Origin: Salpingoeca rosetta
Taxonomy: Eukaryota > Protista > Choanoflagellata
NCBI GenBank assembly: GCA_033442325.1
Contig: JAWQFM010000001.1
Location: 3,080,730-3,088,525 of the forward strand
Direction of reading: 5' to 3'
Length of the DNA: 7,796 nucleotides
The notes under the pieces are model-generated. The model saw only the letters and a program-made list of their open reading frames with translations. It had not been told where the DNA came from and did not search any database. The translations under genes and the position numbers were made by a program. The stretch's first letter is position 1, and the number at the start of each line of letters is the position of its first letter. Of this stretch, positions 1 through 7,646 are shown one piece after another.

Positions 1-694
1 AGATTTGCGGGTTGGTCGACTGTTGAGCCAGTGCAGCACGAAGAAAGGTTGCCGTCCATGATGATAACGATGAAGGAAAGGGAAGTGAGGTGTGGCCGTG
101 CACGGAGTGCAGGAAAGAGATGTCGCTACACTGCGCAAGTTGCCTTCACGGTTGTTGCTGCTTGCTGCTGTTCTGGGTGTCAGCATGCGTCCTTGTTTGT
201 GTACTGGCAGTGGTTATCATCGTTTGGAAGTAAACGATGAGGTGGAAGAAGGTAGCAGCTGCAGCACACATTTGGAATCACGCCGTGGTTCGCTGTCTGT
301 GCGGGTGATGATGATGGGAGCAGCAGGAACTGATGTGGTGTGCAGTGTGGAAGCGACAGTGCTGTTGTTGATCCACAACCAGCCCAAGCCAACGTGCGCG
401 ACAGCACAAAGCACACCAAACAAAGCGCACACCTCGTTTTTTCTATTCTGCAGTCTGGCCAACTTGCGTGTGTTGCCAAAAGTCCCAGGATTTTCCTTCT
501 CTTGCAAAGCAAATCATCGCAGGGCGATTAAATTATTCCAAGCGAGGAAGGAAAGTGTTTGCGCAGAAGGAAACACAGCCAGCAAAACTGGGAATCCTTT
601 CCTTCCCTGGTGTATTGTTTTGTTGTTCTCTTGTGTGCTTTTTCTTTCTTCCACCTTCCTTGCTTCCATTCCCTGTCCTTCCTTTGGTGTCAAC

Positions 695-870
695 ATGCGA
701 CCTCCTCCTCCTCCTCTCCCAGCTGCTGCTGCTGCTGCTGCTCGCCCTCATCATCGCTGGGCGCTGTGCTTGCAGTTTCCACCACTGCTGTTGTTGTTGT
801 TGTTGTTGTTGGCAGCCTTGTCGGTGACTCGTGTCCATGGCATCATGGCTGCTTGAAGGATGCTCTGAGT
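695..870 (+). pseudogene. First exon of a receptor-like protein: N-terminal signal peptide, interrupted by a premature stop/frameshift (probably exon 1 of the downstream kinase gene)
   Basis: caacATG at 695 opens MRPPPPPLPAAAAAAARPHHRWALCLQFPPLLLLLLLLLAALSVTRVHG-IMAA*: basic n-region, poly-Leu h-region, V-H-G cleavage-like motif. TGA at 854-856. Consensus donor GTGAGT at 871-876 followed by a GT-rich tract. Confidence 0.65.
701..811 (+). repeat. Coding trinucleotide microsatellites (CCT)n, (GCT)7, (TTG)7 encoding poly-Pro, poly-Ala and poly-Leu
   Basis: cctcctcctcctcct at 701-715; (gct)7 at 722-742; (ttg)7 at 791-811. Confidence 0.95.
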
Positions 871-1105
871 GTGAGTGTGTGTCTGTGTGTGTCTGTGTGT
901 GTCTGTGTGTGTCTGTGTGTGTCTGTGTGTGTCTGTGTGTGTCTGTGTGTGTCTGTGTGTGTCTGTGTGTGTGCTTGATGTTGTTGTTGTGTTCTTGTTA
1001 TCCTCGCGTTTTGCTTCTTTGTCACAACGTGCCCTCTGCTCTGTTCACGGTCGCACTTGCAGCTGCCACTGACTCACACCTCCACACCACCACATCCTCG
1101 AACAG
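871..1105 (+). other. Putative spliceosomal intron between the signal-peptide exon and the MHR micro-exon
   Basis: GTGAGT donor at 871, GT-rich 5' part, branch-like CTGAC at 1069-1073, CA-rich 3' part, CAG acceptor at 1103-1105. Confidence 0.65.
881..970. repeat. 10-bp tandem repeat (GTCTGTGTGT)9
   Basis: Nine perfect copies read directly from the sequence. Confidence 0.97.
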
Positions 1106-1127
1106 ATGCATCGGTGTGTGTGTGTGT

Positions 1128-1189
<62 letters not shown>

Positions 1190-1902
1190 GCACGTGTTTG
1201 TTGCTAGGTTGCTCACCCCTTCATCTCCACCCACCCATCCACCATCCACTTTACAGGGACTTGAAGCGTGGCAACGTGCTGGTGTCATCATCGCTTCGCG
1301 CCAAGATTACGGACTTTGGGTCCATTCGCCAGTGCTTCACACGTGACAGAAACCAGCACCAGCAGCGCACATGTCTCTCTTCCAGCCATGATGATGACCC
1401 TCAGTACAGCCAGCAGGCTGGTTTGCAGACGATGCCGAGCATAACGCTGACGGCTGGTGTGGGCACGCCACTGTGCATGGCGCCGGAGGCATTGGCGGGC
1501 GACAAATACAGCTTTGAGGCAGATGTGTTCAGCTTTGGTGTGCTGATGTGGGAGATGGCGACACGGCGTGTGCCGGATTTGATTGAGCAGGAGAAGGGGA
1601 GCGAGTATCGGGGACCGATCCTCGCCACCATCAGCAACCTGATGAAGGATGGGAAGCGGCTGCGATTTGATGATGGTGAAGAAGATGGTGAGTTGTGTGT
1701 GTGTATGTGTGTGTGTGCATGTGTGTGTCCTTGGATTGCTTGCTTGCACGTCCTTCCTCACAACGCACACATACACATACACACCACTCTCTCCTTAGCC
1801 ATCCCCGAGTGGTTCCAGTCGCTGACGTACAACCGCATGGCGCAGAATCCGCGTGAGCGTCCATCGTTTGGAGAACTCATGGACCACCACTTTGTTGCTT
1901 GA
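1106..1902 (+). CDS. TKL-type protein kinase, C-lobe only (subdomains VIb-XI); exons 1106-1113, 1257-1687, 1799-1902; 180 aa if started at ATG 1106; likely truncated or pseudogenised receptor-like kinase
   Basis: Splicing gives MHR|DLKRGNVLVSSSLRAKITDFG...AGVGTPLCMAPEAL...ADVFSFGVLMWEM...D|AIPEWFQSLTYNRMAQNPRERPSF...*. GT-AG introns 1114-1256 (phase 2, rebuilds HRD) and 1688-1798 (phase 1). HRDLKxxN with Lys indicates Ser/Thr-type; WE and RPSF are TKL-like. No GxGxxG or VAVK found upstream in the window. Confidence 0.88.
1114..1256 (+). other. Intron splitting the HRD catalytic motif; contains a long (TG)n tract (1114-1187)
   Basis: CAT CG|gtgtgt...ttacag|G GAC TTG AAG restores H-R-D-L-K. 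Confidence 0.9.
1688..1798 (+). other. Intron (111 nt, stop-free in frame) in the kinase C-lobe
   Basis: GAT G|gtgagt...ccttag|CC ATC CCC GAG TGG. GT-rich 5' half, CA-rich 3' half. Confidence 0.9.
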
Positions 1903-2058
1903 TTGCACGTGTGTGTGTGTATGCATGCGCACTTGCTTGCTCATTGTGTGTACGTATGAGTGAACGTGTCTTCAGCATGCATGTATTGCGGGGTTTGGAA
2001 CGACGCAAAGTGCAAGCAATAAACCAACACCAACGCAAAGACAACCCATCACAACCCA

Positions 2059-4365
2059 TCAACTGCAAGACATGTCACATTTCATTCTGTGATGGTCGGC
2101 AACGTTGTTCTGCACGTGCTGTGCTGCATCTCCTTTTTTCAGCGCACGCAGCACACCCTGCCACTTCACGTGTAACCACCGCTTGAAAGAAGCGTCGCAC
2201 ATCTATCCCCCTCCTGCTCCTGCTGCGTCAGCCACGCAGCAGCTGCAACTCAATGTCTGCGCAGTCCGACGTGAGCCCAAACAGCAGGTTCAGCACCATG
2301 GAAATGACAAGCGGGACGCGCAGCAGCCAGCACCACCACTGTAGTTGCCGTCAAAGGTATCCACAGGTCAACGTCCGCCAGCAGCAGCATGTTGTTGAAC
2401 ACGAGCAGCAAGGCCGTTGGCCGACAACGTGTTGTCGTTAAGCAGCAGCAACCGGAACGACGTCCACCCAGCCAAATTGCTGATGCAGAGCAGGAAGTGG
2501 CGCATGTCGAAGCAGATGGTCAGGATTATGCGCTGGCCGGAACGGGTGCAGGTGGTACCGCAGAGGAACGGAACGTGTGTGCGTGCTGGGAAGGGTTCGT
2601 GGTGGGAAGAGTATGTGTTGGGAAGAGTGCGTGCTGGGAAGAGCACGTGCCACGCACCACAAACACCAACACCACATTCGTCGCTTCCAAACAGCCGTGA
2701 CTGCCGCACCTCCTGCACCATGTCCACAATCAGCCAGCATCAGCATGATCACCACCGACTTGTTTTCACCAACTCCCAGCAGCAGCTGGGCCACGTCCTT
2801 GCCACTGATGAGGACGACGGTGATCATGTACCACCTCGCCGCCTCCCACATAAAACTGGCGCTCACGCGAACAATGAAGCTGCCAAACAGCTCTGCGTCG
2901 CCCTTGTCCACCAGCGTCATCATTCACAAACCCAGCTGCACGCGCCAAGTGGCACCACGCGCGCCCCAGCGTCCTTAAGCTTGGCTAGCTCACCAGACAA
3001 CTTCTGCAGCTTGTGCCAACACGCATGGCTGCTCATCTCGCTGATGAATGGCCTGTCTGGCTCAGTGAGACAATCATGCTCGCTGCTGGTGGTTGTACTG
3101 CTTGTCGGCGGTGGAGGTCGCAAGCGCAAGCTCGCTTGGAAACGTGCGCATCAGCACAATGACGTCTGCTACGAGGGTGCGCGTCAGGAACGACGCGCAA
3201 TGACCAGGGCTTCACTGTCAGGGCTTGTTGCCCTCCGAGGTTGAAGGCCCTGATGGCCTCACACACCTTGTCCACGACACACTGCACCATGGCGGCAGTC
3301 GAGCCAGGACACGCTGGCACGGAGTGCGGGCACGTGGCTGGCCTTGTTGGCCGCAATCGACAACAGAGGCAGAGGCGTGTCTGTCTCGGCATCCTGAACG
3401 GCGGCGCTCACGGTGGCAGGGAACATGCGCACGGCTCGCTGCAGCTCAGCAACGCTGCCACAGTAAATTGGACACGTGCGATTGGGAGCTCAGGGCACAG
3501 CCTCGACGTGGTGGGTGACAAGGACAACAGCACCAGGCATCGTGTCTTGGGTCAATCTAGATGGCCAACAAGGCGGATTGTGATGGCCGTGGTGTTGCCC
3601 TTGTTGAAGCTTGTGAGCACACAATACACAGCCGGCACCGCGAAGCTCGGCCATACAGGAGAACGTGCTTGGCGTCGCGTGTTGATGTGGCTGATTCAAA
3701 GCTGGCACTGGCCGGCGTGGTGCTGAGTGATGGCTGCCAGCCTCGCATGCTCCACAGCACAATGACAACACTTGTCATGTTCCACTGCTCCAGGGTGTAC
3801 GTGGTCAGGACACGCTCCCCATTGCGGAGCTGGTGCACACCCCGCTGTTGCCTCTGATCGATTGTGCTGGCCACCAAACGGAAGGCGGCAGCGCGGCCAC
3901 ACGGCAGGGGCTTGTCCAGGTCCCAAACACTTGCGCCACCGTACCCGGCAGCGAGCACGAGCGCCCTGCTGCAAGAGGGCTGTGGATCAGGAACACGCGC
4001 GACGACGACGACGACGAGGCCAGGCTGAACACCGTCAAAACTACCGGCCTTCCGACAAAGCAGGTGGTGATCTCTGCTCGCAGACACGCTCATGGTGCCG
4101 ATGAAGCCATGGCCCTCGCCAAAATGATGCCACAGGCGCACAGGAGAAGGTGACGAAGTGGCTGTTGCAATGGATTGGATCTCCGAGACGTGGACGCTGG
4201 TGCTTTGGCGGATCGTGTGCACTCCGTCGTTGGTGTCGCTGGACAGGTGGCCACTTGCCACGACCAGTGGATGGCTGCAGCCGCAAAGCCGCGAAGCCAC
4301 AAACGTCAGCGGGGGTTGCTCAAGGATGCAACAGCAGCGCACGCGTCGCAGCATCCACCACCTGC
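2059..4365 (-). pseudogene. Degenerate WD40-repeat plus TRP-type cation channel gene (TRPW-like architecture), multiple frameshifts, stops and deletions
   Basis: Motifs recovered in correct order by switching frames. WD40-like: VQVVDAATRALL, LVVASG, HVSEIQSI, VLAAGYGGASVWDLDK, IVLWSMRGW (4365-3730). Pre-S1: LVDKGDAELFGSFIVRVSASFMW (W at 2848-2846). S2 end: VDMVQEVRQ (to 2701). S4-S5: YHLHPF / RIILTICFDMRHFLL (2557-2488). Pore: LLLVFNNMLLLADVD..DTFDGNY (from 2411). S6: VISMVLNLLFGLTSD (2308-2264, cf. the TRP S6 pattern LNLLIAxMxD). C-terminal KRWLHVKWQGVLRALKK (2184-2134). Confidence 0.72.
2579..2650. repeat. Degenerate 16-bp minisatellite, ~4.5 copies (consensus GTGCGTGCTGGGAAGA)
   Basis: Units at 2579-2594, 2595-2610, 2611-2626, 2627-2642, plus a partial unit at 2643-2650. 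Confidence 0.9.
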
Positions 4366-5097
4366 ACCACACGGCCCAGATGAACCTTGTAGTGGAGGAG
4401 GCGCACGGCCGCACGCAACAGGTGTATGGCCAAAAGCACCTCCAGCAAGCAGGTTGTCCTTGATCATCAGAACGACGTCCGCTGACTCAATGTTGATGCC
4501 GTTGCCAACTATTGCCACCACCTCGCCCTTTCGCCTGCAGCTCCTGCACGCTGCTGCGAGCACGTTGTCGATGCCAACCTCTGCCTCCAATGGACCGCGC
4601 AGTGCCCTCCTTGTCGCCCGTGAGCATGGCCATGGTCAGGCCGTGCGGGCGCAGCAGGCGCACCGCCCTCTTCGCCGTTGGGGCTTGTACATGTCAGCGA
4701 GACCCCACATAGCCTGGGCAGAAGGTTGCCGTTGGCCGAGCACCCAACAACCGTGTAGCCACGCGTCTCGTCGCCTTCGTGCATCGTCTGCCGCTATTTG
4801 CCGCTAATGGCGTGGGCATGCCAATTCCACAATGGGCATGCCAAAGGCAATGGGCTTGCTGTCTAAGGTTGCTGAGATGCCCCGACCAGAGACCGTCTGT
4901 GAAGTCCGTCGCGGGAGACAGCGCCGCCGTGCACCATAATCGCCTGGCCCAGGGGCATGCTCGCTGTTTGCCTCTGCAGCCGTCACCAGCTTCAACAGGG
5001 TGTCCTCCTCCATCCACGTGTCGTCATCACCGAGCACGCGCACGCACGTGACTTGTGGCGATCCAACCGTCAGCGTGCCCGTCTTGTCAAGCACGGC

Positions 5098-5326
5098 CTG
5101 TGAGGAGGGAGAGTTGAGAGAGTGGGTGAGAGTGTGTGTGTGTGTGTGTGTGGGGGGGGGCATGGAGGTGTGAGTGTGTGTGTGTGTGTGAGTGTGTGTG
5201 TGTGGGGGCATGGAGGTGTGAGTGTGTGTGTGTGTGTGAGTGTGTGTGTGTGTGTGAGTGTTCTCTAACCACAACTCGCGAGCACCAGTACGAAGCACCA
5301 CACACACACACACACACTCACTCACT

Positions 5327-5365
<39 letters not shown>
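5098..5365 (-). other. Intron of the ATPase relic bracketed by complementary (GT)n and (CA)n arms
   Basis: Minus strand: TTCA|gtgtgt... at 5365 and ...tccctcctcacag|GCC GTG CTT GAC AAG at 5098/5097. Confidence 0.8.
5127..5365. repeat. Compound microsatellite: interrupted (TG)n 5127-5260 containing a 48-bp tandem duplication, and (CA)n 5297-5365, together forming an imperfect inverted repeat
   Basis: catggaggtgtgag recurs at 5161 and 5209 (period 48). The CA arm carries CTCA interruptions complementary to the TGAG interruptions in the TG arm. Confidence 0.92.
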
Positions 5366-5367
<2 letters not shown>

Positions 5368-6406
5368 AACGTGAGCTCCAATGTGTCAGCGGCACCCGAG
5401 GTCAGCAGCGTAACCCACACACTGACAGCAACACGATGCCTGACACAAAGCGCCTCGCCAGCTTGTCTGGGAAAGAAAAAAGGAGGGAAAGGAAAGGAGA
5501 GGGTGTGTGGGTATGTGTGAGTGGGAATGTCTGCAGAAACATTGACAGGCACGTGTGAAACGGTGGTGTAGCGTGTCGTATCCCGTACACACACCTGCTG
5601 GATGGGCGCCTTTGACACACTGCCAACATGCGTGGCCTCAAAAACGATGCACCATGGTGCCGCCCATACGACAATGTCATCAACGCCTTTGGAGACGAGA
5701 CAGGATTCGATTCCCCCCCGTGATCATGGCCTCGTCCGTTTCACCTGCAGTCTCTGGCACGCGTGCGTCCATCCAATTCACAGGCACTTTGTCACCGGCC
5801 ACCATCTGCCAACAAGAACGTGAGGGAAGGTGAGCGAGATGCAATGAAAGTGCATTATCTGGCGGCTGCTACAACTGCAGCTGAGGGCTGTGACAACTGC
5901 CACATTGCTGCTGCTGCAGCTACAACTAACCACCCGCCCATCAACGACAACCACAAGTAAGCACCACCACCAACTCCAACCCCCACACCCTCATCACGCA
6001 ACTTGAGTTTTTTCGCCGCGCTGCACGAGCTCGGTGTCAATTCACTCCTCCACGCGGTTGCCTTTGACTATACCTTCCTTCATCAGGCTGGAGGTGCTGC
6101 CTTTGGCGAGGTGTTCGATGTACTGCCCGAGCGACACAAAGGTGAAGAGGGAGAATGCCGGTCTCCAAAGAAGAGGTCGCCACCACCACCACCAGTCAGA
6201 GTCCTTGTGGGAGGCGGCTGCAACAATGAGCACCACCAGGGAGAGTACAAGTACGCAGCCCTGTGGTGAATTTGCACCAACGCAAGAGCAAGTGCGGGTG
6301 GATCAGCGACACGCAAGCAAACGTGAGCAAAGAAGGCACGCATCACGCTCACTCATTCACTGCAGTGGTGGACGTGAACAGAACAAGCGGAAGTGGTCGC
6401 AACAAA

Positions 6407-6436
6407 CCACACACACACACACACACACATACATAC
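6407..6436. repeat. (CA)n microsatellite at the 5' end of a minus-strand intron
   Basis: Reads gtatgtatgtgtgtgt... on the minus strand immediately after the ANMNV exon. Confidence 0.9.
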
Positions 6437-6900
6437 CACATTCATGTTGGCAGCGCCGTGCATGGTGGACCGCACCGCGGAGACGAGAAACGGCCGACCG
6501 GGAAATGAAGGAGATCAGACCCAGCAGCGTGAGAATGAGGTTGTGTTGCGACATGTCATCGATCATGCGCGCATCCCCAGGAGTCCGGCCACACGCGGCC
6601 ACGATGGTAATCGACGCGACGAACACGGTGATGCACACGATGAAGGTGATGGGGCAGAAGCGGATCTCGCTCTTGTAGGTGGCGATTCGTGCTCCAGCTC
6701 CCTCGTGTCGCGTGCCCCAGCATCCTTCAGCGCGCTGCAGTCACATCGGTATTGTGTGAAGTGCAGAACACAGAGCATTCTTGTGAGCAAGTGGTGATGG
6801 GTGGCAAGGCGTGGTAGCAAAGACAGACACAAACAAGGCATGAATGAGTTCGGCTGGTTTGGGGGGGATGCAATGAGACGAAGCGACACGTACAAGTGCA

Positions 6901-6950
6901 AACACACACATACACATACACACACGCACACACGCACACACATACACACA
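6901..6950. repeat. Interrupted (CA)n microsatellite at the 5' end of a minus-strand intron
   Basis: acacacacatacacatacacacacgcacac... read directly. Confidence 0.9.
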
Positions 6951-7526
6951 TGATTATGTTGCGTGGGTCCTGTTGCATCGGTTTCGTGCTTGACTTCCAT
7001 ACGGCCCAACGCATCATCAACATGCACCATTTGAACACCAGGCAGGCAGGGCTCTCAGCGTCGCCTGTCATGCGTGGCCAACAGCAGCAACGGCGGCGGT
7101 AACAGCATGATGAGTGGTTGAAGTGGAAAGCAGGCATGCGTACACTCAAGCCACCGTGCGTGCATGCAAGCAAACCAGACAAGCAGAGATGCAGTGCCGC
7201 GCACATCGCATACCTTATGCTGAGGTACGTCATGCCTTGTGCTGAATGTGTGCGATTCCTGGTGGGCCTTTGTATCCGCCGACCTTGCCGATGCTGGCGA
7301 TGATGGCTGCAGGGCTTCACCGTCGCGGAGTCGTATTCCACCGTCGCGGTGCCAGCCAGCAGGCCCACACGACACAATGCCGTGCGCGCCGGGCATACGC
7401 CCTCGATGTTGGACACGCACGAGGTGCACGGCATGCCTGTAGTGCAGCGCAACAGCATCAACGAAAGTGGAAAGTGGAAGTGAGGAAGTACTAGTGAGTG
7501 AGCACCAAACGGCACACAAACGGACA

Positions 7527-7646
7527 AACACCCACCCACACCCACACACCCACACCCACACGCACACACACACACACGCACACACACACACACACATGCA
7601 CATGCACACACACACATGCACACACACACATGCACACACACACACA
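7527..7646. repeat. Long interrupted (CA)n microsatellite in minus-strand intron 7656-7437
   Basis: CA tract follows the donor CAG|gtgcgc (7657/7656). Acceptor ctacag|GC ATG CCG TGC at 7437/7436. Confidence 0.92.

Noticed and set aside
1-59. Possible divergent gene start on the minus strand (ATG at 59, MDGNLSSCC...)
   Set aside because: Only 19 codons visible with no motif; unsupported.
472-478. GTTGCCA, resembling an RFX half X-box, ~220 nt upstream of ATG 695
   Set aside because: A single 7-mer; the same word occurs inside the ATPase relic (4501-4507), so chance occurrence cannot be excluded without TSS data.
92-694. 5' part of the 254-aa ORF 92..856 as real coding sequence
   Set aside because: Begins at a non-ATG codon and has no recognisable domain; 420-690 is pyrimidine/AT-rich like a promoter or 5' UTR. 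Only the part from ATG 695 looks protein-like.
841-870. HHGCLKDALS as kinase subdomain V (GSL-like) spliced in frame to MHRDLK
   Set aside because: The phase fits, but that frame has no upstream ATG and the whole helix E region would be missing; likely coincidence.
831-1346. ORFs rich in CV/VC or HT/TH dipeptides (also at 5087-5618 and 7055-7731)
   Set aside because: Translations of intronic (GT)n/(CA)n microsatellites, not Cys- or His-rich metal-binding proteins.
2579-2650. CRISPR-like array
   Set aside because: Units are contiguous 16-mers without unique spacers, in a eukaryotic context.
2417-4807. Long plus-strand ORFs (2417..3244, 3241..3726, 4175..4807; likewise 6034..6678)
   Set aside because: Antisense shadows of GC-rich minus-strand coding relics, with no motifs of their own.
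5127-5365. MITE or transposon with terminal inverted repeats
   Set aside because: The inverted arms are simple dinucleotide repeats bounded by splice sites; no target-site duplication or transposase is evident.
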